DNA of 64,000 nt from Haliotis rubra (taxonomy: Eukaryota), in contig NW_025766725.1 in NCBI RefSeq assembly GCF_003918875.1, positions 496,001-560,000 on the forward strand. The letters are read 5' to 3'. Below are positions 12,336-27,100 of the stretch, piece after piece. Each line of letters begins with the position of its first letter. Position 1 is the first letter of the stretch. The notes below the pieces were generated by a model that was not told the DNA's origin, did no database searches, and saw nothing but the letters and a program-made list of their open reading frames with translations. The position numbers were made by a program, and so were the translations under genes.

Positions 12336-14758
12336 TCTTCACAACTAAAGCGTATCCCCAAATCGTGATCCCTATATTCTTTGTTCTGTATAGAATGTGT
12401 ATCTATGTAGCTGTCACTTTACTTAATATAAACATATTCTGCTGGGCATATCACACTGAATTCATAATTATTATTTTTTACTCATAAGTGTTGCTTCATA
12501 ATAACAAGAATGCATCTTCAAGTGACATGTTTTTTAAATGTAGGTATGCTAATTTTTGAATGACACTTTTTGTGTTTCATTTTTCAGAATGATAGATGTG
12601 TTCATTTTTCTATGATCATTGTTGATATAGAATCAGATTCATCATTCATCTATTTCTTATTTCAATCAAATCTGATCCATTACTGCGATGCAATACCTCT
12701 CTGCATGATGTGACAAATTATTTCTTGAAGTCCATGTTAGGGGAACATTATCTTGTTAACTAAAGGCTTGATTCATAATTATTGATTTATAAAAATAAGA
12801 ATACATCTTGGAATGAGTGATCAAAGTATCAAAAGCAACATATCTAAAAAATGAACTCAAACAGCAAGTCCAAATGTAAATAATAAAGGTAGTACCATGA
12901 AAATTGTATATATGCTGTCGTTTCCGGGCAAAAAGATGGTACCTGCACCTAAGAAGATACCTTTGAAAAAATATTGGGGTATATTTGTGAAATTAGGTGT
13001 GAAAGAATCATTTGGAAAGCTGACAACTGATTGGCTCGAGATCCCATGTATCGTTCATTTAAATTGGGAGGTCAAAGGTTGCTCATGCTTCATCTGATAG
13101 GACATTTTATGGAAGGGTTGTTAGGTTTTAAAACAGAGGTATTGTATCGGAATAAAAGATTTGATTTAATGAGATTGATCCCTCTCCGTCCAAGTTGTGT
13201 AGTCAGATTTTGCCGTGTTTTTGAACCAGGTTAGGAGGACCATTTTTTATATTTAATTTTTACACTTATTTATTTGCTTGGTTTTTGTTTCTACAAAGAA
13301 TGCCATCATGACTGTTGAAAACCTTTGTTTTACTAAGACTGTTGATGCTGCCTGTTAGCTGATTTCATACAAAACAAGGTTTATACGAACAAGGTGTTTG
13401 AAAATGCGATGTTTGTCATTACTATGAAATGGACTATTAATATTTAGCATATGGAATTTGTTGCATTATCATTTCAGTTTAAGCAATATACAACTCAAAA
13501 CTAGTTGAGAACAGTTTTTTTATGTGATTATAGTTAGCCTATACCAGGTGCTCTCTGAGCATATGGAATATTCTATTTCAGTGATTGAAATGTCATTTAT
13601 CTTCAGCAAATCTTTTGGTTTGAGGTCACTGATATCTCCTTGGATCATCACTGTGTGAAAACAATCACAACTTGTGGCATGTGGCTCAAAGTTGTGTTCT
13701 TTGCACAGTGTGCTATTGCTTGAATACTAGTATTCCATGCTTAGAATATTTGTCTTGCAGACAAAGTATGTCTTATTGTTGAGCTTTGAAGTCCAGGGTG
13801 AACTATGAACTCTGAACTGCAAGGCCCTGTGGTCTAATCCATCAAAATGTGCTGTTTTCTAAACAAGGCCAGGATCCATTAAATCCGAGTTTGAATCCAA
13901 ATTTTCCTGATCATGGTTTGTCTGCACCAGTGCTCATGGATTTCCATAGAGTTAAATGTCCACCACAAGTCTTACTTCAGACTACTCCTGTGTGTTTTCA
14001 GGGGAATAGTATAGCCTTGGCAACATGGTGGTTGCAATAGGTAACCACATGGATTGTGTGGTAAGACTGTGACTTGGTCAATAGTGTGTAACTGTACACT
14101 AGTGGTCTGCCTGTTGCCTACAGTATTGGTCACCGGATTGTCTGGTCCAGAATCGATTATATACATGTTCGTCATGTGGCTGGAATATTGCTGATTGCGG
14201 CTTTAAACAAGAAACATTAGACACTGGTCCAAGTATAAAAGTCCATAAAGTAACACTAAGATCTGCTGGAGTCCTAGGAGATTATTTTCAGACCATTTTC
14301 ATATAGCTGAGTGCGTTAAACGCGAAACATACAAAGTATCCTCTAACATTAGGCCAGCATGGTTTGAAATAACTGAAAGATGCTCTAAGCAGCTGTAATG
14401 CTAGCCTTGCTCCAAGGCTGTACTGAAGGCTAAGCCCATGGATGAAAAGTAATTCCATCCTTAGGCAAGTCTAGATAAGCACAGTGCAAGCAAGTCAGTC
14501 TGTTAGAGGGATATTAATATTTTTTAGAAATTATCGTTTAAACTATTAATTATTACCTTAGAGACTTGTGCAAGTCTACTGTAATCCCGTCTTGATCAAT
14601 CCAGACTAGGTTTGATGCATGTCAAGTCACCTGTTATTCTGATAGGAAAAAGGTAAAATGTTCTGGTGTATTATTTTGTTCCTGTTCTTCAGTAACTTTT
14701 TAATACATTGTGTAGTTCATTTTTATTACTGTCAGGACTTGAATACATATTGTTGGCA

Positions 14759-14764
14759 AATAAA
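14759..14764 (+). terminator. candidate poly(A) signal of the plus-strand gene (alternative ATTAAA at 11943-11948)
   Basis: AATAAA at the end of a long U/GU-rich stretch following the stop at 8332. Confidence 0.35.
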
Positions 14765-15193
14765 CGTTAAGCAACAGTAAAAGAGTTTTCATCAACCCGG
14801 TTCGTGGGCACAATGAGTGCTGGAATATTGCTAAAGCTGCGTAAAACTAAACTCAGTCAATTCAACTATTTAATATTAATTATAATAATAATATCAATTG
14901 CAAATAACAACATTCACGATTGCTATTAGTTGCAGTAGTTGTTCTGCTTTTGAAGACTGACAAGTTTGCTGATATTGTGTCATAGTACAGTCAGTTAATG
15001 GCAAAGAATGAAATCAGGCTGAAAAAAATAAACAGAATCTCAAAGAGTTTGGTGTGCTTTGTTATTTATGAGTGAGTGTGTAGTCATAGTGAGTGAGTTT
15101 AGTTTTACTCCGCACTCAGCAATATTCCAGCTATATGGCGGGTGTGTAGTCATAATGATACATACTAACTCTTGCTTGGTTGAGATCGACATA

Positions 15194-15360
15194 GTGAGTG
15201 AGTGAGTTTAGTTTCACACACTTTTATCAATTTTCTAGCAACATCACGGCAGGGGACACTAGAAATGGGCTTCACACATTGTACCCATGTGGGGAATCAA
15301 ACCCGGGTCTTCAGCATGACGAGCGAACACCTTAACCACTAGGCCCACCCCCATCACCCC
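15194..15360 (-). mobile_element. SINE family 1
   Basis: Full-length match. Confidence 0.9.
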
Positions 15361-15560
15361 AGAGATCCACATAAGCTGCCTTGGCCTTCGATAAGAGCGG
15401 AGATGAGTGAAGTTGGGTTTTATGTCACGTGTAAGGTTGTATTGCATTATATACATGAGTGTGGAGTCGGTGAGTGTCTGCTTGTATTAGCTCCGGCTCA
15501 TGATGGATTTGTTCTTTGTGAGATACCATGCCACAAATTAACAAAGACACAGTATTATGA

Positions 15561-15724
15561 GTGAGTGAGTTTGCTTTTACGCCGCTTTTTTTAAGCAATA
15601 TTCCAGCAATATCACGGCAGGGGGAGGCCAGAAATGGGCTTCACGCAATGTACCCATGTGGGGAATCGAACCAGGACCTGCAGCATGACAACACGCTTTA
15701 ACCAGTGGGCTACCGCACCGCCCC
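15561..15724 (-). mobile_element. SINE family 1
   Basis: Full-length match, TSD cacagtat(t/a)atga. Confidence 0.9.
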
Positions 15725-17112
15725 CACAGTATAATGACACTAGTCCTAAGTTACCCTCATAGGCAGTTTTGTGCCACATTTTCTCTCGTGATATTACACG
15801 GCCAGTTATCAAACTACTAATCTTCCACACTCCAGTGTTCCAAGCTCAGCTATCTGGTGAAGTATATAACCTTTATTATCATACATACCCTGAACCCATT
15901 ATACCATATTAGCTTTGTTCTCTCCTAGAGCAAGGGTACTGGTACTTAATTACCGGTAGCACAGAAGTTCTCTTGCTCGTGAGAGCAATTTGATTGGTCA
16001 GTTATTATAGTGTCATATCAACTGAAGGTTTGACAGCAAATGCACCTACAAGCTATGGATTACCTGTGCTCTGATTAAATGTTTTGTAAATTCCCAACCT
16101 TCCTAAGGAACTTAACATTAATTCACAATTTGACAAATATTCTGTAATTCCCAGATGCAAGTTATTAATGATAATTTACCCATAGTATTTTACTCTAAAA
16201 CGTATGGGGAAGTGTAGACAGGAGGTCAAGCTGACCTGTTGTCAGAAACACATCACATTATATTGTTTATGATGTCATAAACAATGGATGACTTCAACTC
16301 TTCACAAACAATGGAACAACTGGAATGGATTAGCCAATCAGCAGTTTGAATTACTGAATATTACTTCAGCTATATCCAATGCTCCAGTGGATAATATTGG
16401 AAATACAATAAATTGATTATATAACAGGATATATTGTTCATGACTTCTGTGTATTTCATTCTGGTGAGTGAGTGAGTGAGTTTATTGCTGCTTGGAACAA
16501 TATTCTTGTTATATCATCAGCAAGTGGAAATCCTCATGTGATACCGTTCTGTCTTATCACCCCTGAGCACAAGTTAGTGCTGAAGGACCTTGATAGACAA
16601 TCAGGGCAAACTGAATTAAAACTCACAGTCGCAAGTTAAATTTTTTTCTTGTATGTTAACATTTTTGGCCAATAAAAACATTAGGATTTTATTTTTTTGA
16701 GTGGGGAAAATTAAATGTTTTTTTCTTATTCTTGAAAAAATATGAAAATATGACAGGCGGATCCATAAAACAAGAAATAAAAATGGTCTGGCCTCAGTAT
16801 GAAATCCAAATAGATTCCTTGAAGAATTTATGTTAATTCTTGGTTGATCTTACGGGGGCCCAGTCGGCTTAGACACATCAACTCGCTGTGCAGAAACACC
16901 AGAAGATTGTTTTTTTGCCCCATATACACTTCATAAATTGCCAAAAGTAACATACTTTGAGTATTTAGAAGGAATATCACTTTGACTGGTGATTTCATTT
17001 TTATTTTATTTTCCCTCCTGCCTTGGAGGACAAAAATCTGTAAAACAAGAAATAAAATTGGTCTGGCCTGATCAAATCTCATAGTATTACAAACAGAAAC
17101 TTATTTTGACAT

Positions 17113-17118
17113 TTTATT
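17113..17118 (-). terminator. candidate kazrin poly(A) signal (3' UTR about 3.8 kb)
   Basis: AATAAA on the minus strand where the minus-strand U-rich, UTR-like composition ends. Confidence 0.35.
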
Positions 17119-18475
17119 TTCATAGATTTATAGATCAACATATACAAAAATCCATATTTACAAAACTAATTAAAATCACATGTTGCGTGGTGTTGTGTGA
17201 ACAGGTATATAACAATTTCTCCACAAGTCTAGGACACCACTCACACTGCTTCCCCAAGCTTAAAACAGTAAATTCTAAAACTGACTAGAACATATGACGT
17301 ACAATATAAACATCCAGTGTTCTACATCATATGTAACAAATCTTTGTTTAATACTTCTAAAACAGCTTGAGATAAATCAAGGGAAGGGTTCGACACTTCA
17401 GCTTCTTTATCAGACAAAATGTCCGTTAACAGTTAATGGGACGAGTATTTAAAATCTGATCTGTAATGACAACCTTAGAAACGTTTGACACATAAACACT
17501 TTTATCCTGCCCAAAAGAAGTTAAGGACCACCAATTCCCAGTTTTAATAGCTTTAATAGTTTTTATATTTCATGGTCTGAAAGTTTATCTTTAGCAAAAT
17601 GAAAGAATCTGAGGTTTATGTCATGAAAGATTGACTTTAGTAATATGGATGAATTGGTGGTCCTGAGCATATTTTTAGCAATAGAGGACCAAAATGTCTG
17701 AAAACATCATTCAGTTTTAGTAAATGTTCTTTGGAAGCTGTGATTTATCTTTAGCAGTGATCATGTTGCCTACTTAAGACTTAAACCATATCGAACCCCA
17801 AAGAAGGGGTATTTAAAATAAACAATAAAAGTGAATGCTATCAGTATTAATAAAACATATTTATATGATTTTTGTGAGGATAAAAGAATTGCAGGAAAAC
17901 CTGTGTGTCTGATAAAATTGCATGACTGTGTAGGTGCCCTTATCTTAAGGGTCCAGAATACCAATTCCAGACAAGGTGTATAACTGTTATATCAACTGAA
18001 AATTCTTGTTTCAAAATGATGATATATCTCATAAACACACTTTCACTGTGTAATGGTGTCACATCAAAGTAACAAATCTGTTTCAGGAACCAACAATTCT
18101 CACTGTAGAAACAGTTTTGACGTAATTAACAAACATGATAATAAACAACCAAATTATCCTAACGAGGACAGCACTATATCCTATTCTTGTCATTCCTTGA
18201 AGAAAATACAACTAGCTGTCAGGTATTTCTTCTTCATAACCATCTAAATTGCACTTAACATTGAAATAACTCGACGCAACATTAAATGGTACAGATTCTT
18301 TGCTTACAGTTAAACGCATGCTCTTTTCAAACTCCCAGTTATAAAATGCCAGATCACAGTGTAAAATAAACAAATAAATAGATCTGCATCCATCCTTACA
18401 AATATGTACACATTATAAAGACAATCTACGAAGAGGTGTGCAATGTTAACATCTCAGTTTCATCATTCCAAAATA

Positions 18476-18638
18476 GTGAGTGAATATGGTTTTATGCCAC
18501 TTTTAGCAATATTTCACCAATATCATGGCAGGGGGACACCAGAAATAGGCTTCATACTTTGTACCCATGTGGGAAATCGAACCCTGGTCTTTGGTGTGAC
18601 AAGCAAACGCTTTAACCACTATGCTACCCAACAGCTCC
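18476..18638 (-). mobile_element. SINE family 1, in the putative kazrin 3' UTR
   Basis: Diverged full-length match. Confidence 0.88.
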
Positions 18639-19426
18639 ACTCATTACAAAATGAGATTACAGCAAGACCAAAACCATTATTTGTAGAATTTAAGATTTTT
18701 GATAATTTTGAGTTAAATATTTATATTTCTGAACACTGGATTTTGAATATTTTGAGCTAAATATTTATTAACACTGGAAAGTAGCCGGAACTGGCAAACG
18801 CTTGTCGTAAAATGTATAATTTGTTAACGTACCATATACTTCACAATTAACTGTTTCATGCTGAAACGAAAGCTACCTGGTGTTAGTTCCTTTGCAATGA
18901 AAAGTGTTATTCTATTTTACTGTCCTATATTGGAGTTGAAAATATGATCCATAAACGACTAACGCTAAAAACAGTTGCCATGTTTACTGCATGACCAGAT
19001 AATTGACATCCTGCATGAAGACAGTAATATTTACAGGATTTCTTACGCTGTATCCAAGTTCTTCCGAGAACTACATGAGCTGTTTGCTAGAATTAATACC
19101 TTGATTGTCTTAGCAGTAAGTCTGTCCCCAGTCTATCTGAATTATACATTATCCTCTGAGTGACTTAAAAACACACTTATTAATACCTAAGATACGAACA
19201 TATTCATCCTTGTATACATTAGTACAGTAATCATATATCTATAAAATGTTACCCCAAAACTGATTAGGATACCTAATAAAACTATAACCATCCATGCTTT
19301 TTAGGAATACTTGATAAGATTATAGATTTTGATGAGCAAAAAATGGTTCAGAATATCAAAACAATGTCCACTTGTTCTCAGAGCGAGAATGCCAAAATGT
19401 GTCAAATGTATGGTATCTCACAATGA

Positions 19427-19588
19427 CTGACTGAGTTTGGTTTTACGCCGCGTTTAGCAATATTCCAGCAACATCACGGCGGGGGACACCAGAAATGTAC
19501 TTCACACATTGTACCCATGTGGGGATTCGAACCCAGGTCTTCGGCGTGACGAGCCAACGCTTTAACCATTAGGCTACCCCACCGCCCC
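19427..19588 (-). mobile_element. SINE family 1, in the putative kazrin 3' UTR
   Basis: TSD atctcacaatga (19415-19426 / 19589-19600). Confidence 0.93.
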
Positions 19589-20935
19589 ATCTCACAATGA
19601 AAAGACTCAACACTCATACTGAGTGAAGGTTGTGTTGTGCTGTGAAGAAAGCTTTGGTTAAACAGCCAATAGGAACACTGAAAATATTACAATATTTTCA
19701 ATAACAAGTGCTGAGTGTTTTGATGCCTTTCAATAGTACTGTTAAAATTTATGTGAGCAGGCCATAATAAATTAAATAGTCTTTTTTGACATTTACCCTC
19801 GTTTACAATTTCACCAACCCAATATTAGAAAATGTTAAACATTGTGTACTGTTTTCAGTGAAGAGAAAATAAAAACTATTTCTTTTCTTTTTTTCATTAA
19901 AAAATAAAAAATAATACAGTTAAAATGTTACTTTCTTTTCAACACCAAATCTTCCAAATCTATAAACAACAAAAATATTAATACTTCTGAAGGCAACATC
20001 ATGAGAAAGTAGAAATACAGTGTACATCTTCTTTTAAAAATGATATTAACCTTGATAACCAATAGAAACTCTCCTTTGGTGCTATCTCCCACACGACTGT
20101 CTTCAGTGGTATCAAAGTGCACTGACGTCACAAAACAGTAAATGTCAATTTGAAATTATTTCTACTTTACTCTCATTGAGAAAATATATCCTCATTTGTA
20201 CTGAATATCAATAAGTTGAGCAGTGTTAATAAATAATTAATTTTTTTCATTTTGAAAACTTGTGGACACAATTGTTTACATGTCTGCATGCTGGTCTAAA
20301 TAACCATAATTCTGTATATGCTGTAGTTTGAGGTACATGAGCAGCTTGTATAGTGATATTAAAGCTAGTCTAAACCCATACAGTGTGACTATGGTTTAAC
20401 AAATGGCCTCTGTCATCAGTCCCTCCTCCACGTTTAAAGTAGTGCTCCACTGTTTCACGTCTACTACGACCAATCAAGTCCTATCACAACATCATCAACA
20501 ACACGTACTGGTCTCCAGACTCTCTCGAAAATCTTGCGGACGAATCTTTTCATCCTCCGAAAATCTCAAATAGAACTGTCATGGTCACCATGACAACACC
20601 ACTTGGAACATCTCATCACAGCATCCACCTGACATCCCTTAACCAACAATGGACTAGAGTTAAAAGCACTTTTCATATCACACTGATGGTTGACAGGGAA
20701 CCTAGAGTTATTTCCCTTGGGCAGTTGAAGCTTTCACCCCTTAGGACTATTCCATTTCAAAACACATCTTGAATCAGATCCAAATCCAAACCAGAATGGA
20801 TTCATCCATATCCATCAACCACATGATAATATTGACATGTATCACATGGTGTACTACCACCCCTACTGTGTAGTGGAACAGCCCAAGCAAGCACTGAGCA
20901 TCATGGGAAGCATCTGAAGGAATACTGGTGTTATC

Positions 20936-21106
20936 TCACACTGTGGTAGAGTCTGGCTCCACTATTGAGTCTAGTGAGTGATTGTGCTGGATTGGGATAG
21001 GATCCGAGATTTTAATCCCTCGTCGGGATTTTGGTGTAACGTCCGAGTCAAATGTCATGCGTAAATCATCCTTTATTTTCCTCCCAAAAGCTCGTCCCAA
21101 TGAACC
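20936..21106 (-). CDS. KAZN: kazrin last coding exon (GSLGRAFGRK...EPDSTTV*)
   Basis: ttttcag acceptor, 171 nt to TGA; ends in a class I PDZ-binding-like motif TTV. Confidence 0.88.
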   Translation of the reverse strand, partial: GSLGRAFGRKIKDDLRMTFDSDVTPKSRRGIKISDPIPIQHNHSLDSIVEPDSTTV

Positions 21107-24100
21107 CTGAAAACAGAAACATAAATATAGTCCTTTTTTGCTATTTGAAGTCGGCAGAACATACACACCATTGTCAACAAACTGTGATATATTCAAAATA
21201 TATTCACATCTTCCAAGTGAAAAAAATGTCAACACAGGAATTGTGCAATGGATTAGAAAAGTAAGATTTGGTTGGAGTGAGTGAGGCAGATAAGTTTTAT
21301 GCCACTTTTTCACAAACTACAGTCACACTATAAATGGGCACCAAGACCAGGCCTCAAACAATGAAATACAATCAACTTTATAACATAACAATTTACTAGT
21401 TGTAAACAAAACTAGTTGTTGTCTCCAAACTATAACATATTTCAGTATCCAGGTTAGGGGTGGGTATCGCAGAGAATATTCATATTGCGATATATTGCGA
21501 TGCGAAAGCATGTATTGCGATATGCATTGCAATATATTGCATGAAGTATTTTTAAACAAAAAACTACAAATCGAGTTACTGCTTGATTTATAGAGCAAAA
21601 ACACAACAAAATCACTATGCTTGATTAAGCTTTAATAACAAATTTTAATCATGATAAAATAAAAATGTGAATAATATTTGGCACAAATGAAACAAGGAAA
21701 TATCCGAAGATTTCCGAGTGTTACGACGTTTTCCTAATGCATGTCAAAATACCGGTTTTCGATCAGCGTATCGCAATACGTATCGTTTTCATGTCTGAAC
21801 CGGTAAATACCGGTAAACCGGTTATATTGCGCAGCCCTAATCCAGGTAGATCCAAGTGAGAATAGGTCTTCAGTAACCCATGCTTGTCATAAAAGCGACT
21901 AACGGATTGGGTGGTCAGGCTTGCTGGCTTGGTTGACACGTCGTCATATCCCAATTGCGTAGATTGATGCTCATGGCGTTGATCACTGGATTGTCTGGTC
22001 CAGACTCGATCATTTACAGTCGCTGCCATATAGCTGGAATATTGCTGAGTGCAGCGTAAAACAACAAAGAAAGAAAGAAACAAACAAACAGTATCCAGGT
22101 AACAGTTTATCCTTCTACTTACCCTAAAACTGAGTCTGCTTTTTGGTCCACCATCGTCCAGTGATGCACTTCGGTAGGACCGGATGAAGGACCGCCCAAC
22201 GGACCCTGTCCCGTTGATGCGCATCTTGGTGTTGTTGTTGGGGGTGTCAAGGGCAGCTCTGTCGACAGCAGACACAGAATTATACATCCATGTCATCACA
22301 TTATCAAGGTTGACAGTATGGAACAGGCATATTTTGTGTATTATCATGTTGTAGGTTGTGCATGTGTGACTAACGGGATCGGGTGGTCAGGCTTGTTGAC
22401 TTGGTTGACACATGTCATCGTATCCCAATTGCGTAGATTGATGTTCATGCTGTTGATCACTGGATTGTCTAGTCCAGACTCAATTATTTACAGACCGCCG
22501 CCATATAGCTGGTATATTGCTGAGTGAGTCGTAAAACTAAACTCACTCACTCACTTATGCATGCATGTGTGTGCATTCATGTGCATGCCTGTGCAAATGT
22601 GTCTGTTTGGGGGTGTGCTTCGATAAGTGGGTCACCCATCCCAACCACATGTAGAGGTGCATAAGAATTAACAGTATTCACTCCTAGGTGTCATGGACAC
22701 CTTTGCTGCACCCGAATCCATGTTGTGAGAAAAACAAGCACTCGGAAATTTCATTCTGAGCCACGTTCTCAGACAAGCAGGATTCCTTTTGTGAGTGTGT
22801 TTAGTTCACAGTGGCAGTTGATATCAAGAAAAAGCATATTCTACCAGACATCTTTATGACCAAGAAGTCATGAAAACCCTCATTTTCATTACCACTGTTA
22901 TCATATTACAAACTACAACTGAAAGGACGCAACTACATGGCAAACAAAAACACTATCTAGCATGAAACTATCAGAATGTTCTGAACCAAACTGGAGGAAT
23001 CCAAGTTGGCTGACATCAAGGCATGCAGGTAATACACAACACTTCCAAGCATGCTACCTAGCCTTCCTACATCACTTGGGGTGTGGGGTAGCCTAGTGGT
23101 TAAAGCATTTGCTCATCACACCGAAGATCTGGGTTCAATTCTCCACATGGTTACAATGTGTGAAGCCCTATTCTGGTGTCCCCCGCCCTGATATTGCTGA
23201 AATATTGCTAAAATTGGCGTAAAACTAACCTCACTCACTCCTACATCACTGTAGGATGTCAAGAAATATCACTGATAGTGGACTGAGCTTTCAAGAAAGA
23301 TATTGTGATACAAAGACCCCAATCTGCCTTCTAGGCGGTTTGTGCGTCCAACGTTATAAAACAACATAGATTGTAAATGGTGAAATCTAGAGCAATTTGG
23401 AACAAGAATTATGACTTTATCTGACACATTACTTGTTGATTTTTAAGGTAGAATCATGAATGAATGTTGTCAAATTAACTACATGAATGAAGCAAACTCA
23501 CTGCCACCATGTATCATTACTGCATATTTTTCAGAACTCGCAAATCAAAACTTGAAAGCAGAGACACACTCAAGGATATTGTTCTGAATATTTTGCTCCT
23601 ATTGATTGCCATACTTGGTACATACAATTTGTGATTGCCATACATACAATTTGTGGTTGCCATACCCAGTAAATAAAATTTGTGATTGCCATACATATGA
23701 TTTGTGATTGCCATACCCAGAACATACAATTTGTGATTGCTATACAAACGATCTGATGGATTAATAAGTCCTTATACTGACTGAATGAAAATACATTATA
23801 TACCATGTTACTGACACCACTCAGTTATCAGGATTACAATATTCACTGCCATGCATGACAATTCCAGTGATTGTCAGATACGGGATATACATCTCCTTGT
23901 CACACACCTTAGTATTTGCACCAGTGTTAAAAACTCATAACACAGTTGGTTAACTCACACAAAACACATCTTCATACTTATCACACACTTTTAACAACCA
24001 AAGTTAGAATGTAGGTGAACAATCCCTTGGTGAGTATACCCAAGCGATACGAGACTTATTCCCTGATCAACCATATACAACAGGGAATTGCAGGTTTAGA

Positions 24101-27100
24101 GCACAACATGCACTGAAGGATGATATAAGGATGAACAGAAGGATGAACAAAAGGATGAACTGAAGGATGAACTGAAAAATGAACAAGGCCCATGCAATAC
24201 ATAACTAGGGATGGACAATAAGAATTGGTACCTCAACAATTTCAGCCCAGCTAAGTAAGACCTGTCATTCAATTAGTGGGGAGAGAAGAAACAACATGTT
24301 AATCTCAAGTGAACTAATCTAGCATATCAGAATCGGATCATCCTCGACTCACAGGGTACTTTTACATCCATGTCATACAGCTTGGATCATATACCGTTAT
24401 TTATAAGTCTTTTTCAATATGGAACCAAACATAAACGCAACCAGTAGGTAACCATCTTGCACATATTTAGTCTTTATCATCGGCATTACAGCAAAATTAA
24501 ATGTCCTTTTTTCTAATTTAAATCTAAATTGTGAAATTAATATTCTTACCTGAATAGAAAAGCTACTTAAATTTAATGCCAAAGAGAATAATCTTAAAGA
24601 GCATACTGATTGGAAAGCATATTGGGTTAAATGCGTCTTGTACAAAATTTCAGTATCATCATGTTAAGTTAAGGAAAAGCCAAAAGTGATGCCTATCTTA
24701 GCCCCATACCATCTTACTAAGACCAACAGGCTCCCCTCTGGTTCTGACAAATAAAAGATCATAATAAGAATTTCAAGCCGACAATCATAAGATCCTGGCT
24801 CGCCCAAGGGCCATAACTCTGTATATATTATATTATATAATCCAAGAGAAAGCAACCAGACCATGGATGTAAAATGCCCTGAAAATATTACCAGGGTCCC
24901 ATTCCACAAAGCGATCTTAGCGCTAAGACCATCGTAACTCTGGAACACTCTTAAGACAGTCACATCACTAAGATGGCTTTGGAACCTAGGACCCTGGTCA
25001 ATGTCACTCTATTGTGACAATGTCACCACCATCATATGGACAAGCAGTTAATACATCTAACTGTTTGATCAGCATTCTAGAAGTTGGTGAGTCAATAATG
25101 AAGCATACATCTTTATGGATAACAACTTCTTGTTTATTGCATACAGCGATGTTTCGATGTAGATTCTTATCAAGCTAAGCTAAGGTGTAATGGTGTAAGA
25201 ATTGATACCGAAATGTCGCTCTATATAATAAACAAGAAGTTGCTATCCATAAAGTTGTATGTTTCATTCCTAGATAATATATCTGTTAAAACAGTAATAT
25301 TGATAAGGCAAGAAACATTTTAGGATAACAGACATGCTGAAAAACAGATATTATTTGCTAGAAGAGAAAAGGAAAGTTAATAACAGTTAATTAAAAGACT
25401 TGAGTTTCCAAATGAACAAATTATCTTTAAGTTCAAAATTATCCGAGATAGGCAGGAACAGCCACCCATGGCTATTGAGAGAAATTTGAGTAATTGTAAT
25501 TTTTTCAAACAATCTGTGAAATTGTAGCTGAAATTATTAACTGAGCTCAAGGTGCCTTGCTGTGTTTTTCTGTAAACTAAAATGAAACCTAACAAATGAA
25601 TAGCATAACAAAACACTGAAGCCATGAGAAGTCTTCAATAAAGAACCCAAGTTCGTTGCCAAACACTACACTTAGTTTGGATACATTTCTACAGAAAGTC
25701 ACAGAGAGGCATCAGGATCTCTAATTGATAATTACTTTTACAGGTAATGTTCAAACACCAATCACAGAGAGGCACAGGATCTCAGGGTAATGTTCAAACA
25801 CCAATTTCACATCTGTAGAACCGTAAACAGAACTGTAAACAGAACCCTCAGCTTTAGAGCTCTAAGAGTCTTGAGTGCTGTACACACCTAGCTGGCTTGA
25901 TGACGGCTTCCAACTCCGTGGCGATGTGTCTACGAAGGTATGACTTGGACAGAGGGATGCCAAGGGCTGTTGCGAGGGTGTCTGCAGTAAACGATGGCTC
26001 CAGCACCATTAGAGCTCCATGAACGCCACTCTCCCTCAGGTTCTGGACATACTCCTGAAAACAGCATCAGTGAAACCTGGGTTGATACATGTTTTATACC
26101 ACATGTTTCAAACCACCTCATGCAGGTCTGTAAATAATCAGGTCTAGAGGCATAATAATTGCTTCTTCTTTTTTTGTTAATGGTTTTCCAGCTGTGTCTT
26201 GGAACTTACCCCAAGTTCTACTGATTTTATCTACTTAATGGCCTTTTACTTACCCCAGGTTCTACTGATTTTATCTACTTCAAGTGAGTGAGTGAGTATG
26301 GTTTTATGACACTTTTAGCAATATTCCAGCAATATCATGGCGGGGGGACACCCGAAATGGGCTTCACACATTATAACCATGTGGGGAATTGAACCTGGTT
26401 CTTCGGTGTAACGAGCCAACACTTTAACCACTAGGCTACCCCACCGACCCTATCTACTTCAAGATCTTTTACTTACCCCAAGTTCTATGGATCTTATCCA
26501 CTTCAAGACATTGTCACTTATCCCAAGTTCTATGGATCTTATCCACTTCCTGACCTTGTGCTTACCCCAAGTTCTATGGATCTTATCCACTTCATGACCT
26601 TGTAATTACCCCAAGTTCTATGGATCTTATCCACTTCATGACCTTGTATGCTTACCCCAAGTTCTATGGATCTTATCCACTTCATGACCTTGTGCTTACC
26701 CCAAGTTCTATGGATCTTATCCACTTCATGACCTTATACCTACCCCAAGTTCTATGGATCTTATCCACTTCATGACCTTGTGCTTACCCCAAGTTCTATG
26801 GATCTTATCCACTTCATGACCTTATACTTACCCCAAGTTCTATGGATCTTATCCACTTCATGACCTTGTACTTACCCCAAGTTCTATGGATCTTATCCAC
26901 TTCATGACCAAGTTTATCTTACACTTCATGACCTTGTACTTACCCAAGTTCTATGGATCTTATCCACTTCATGACCTTATAGCTTACCCCAAGTTCTATG
27001 GATCTTATCCACTTCATGACCTTGTACTTACCCCAAGTTCTATGGATCTTATCCACTTCATGACCTTATACCTACCCCAAGTTCTATGGATCTTATCCAC

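Noticed and set aside
15259-18760. ORFs containing MGTMCEAHF / CTHVGNRT-type peptides
   Set aside because: Chance frames through SINE family 1 copies.
21763-22347. 194-aa minus-strand ORF
   Set aside because: Only 22123-22258 is a kazrin exon; the rest is read-through into an antisense SINE and a MITE.
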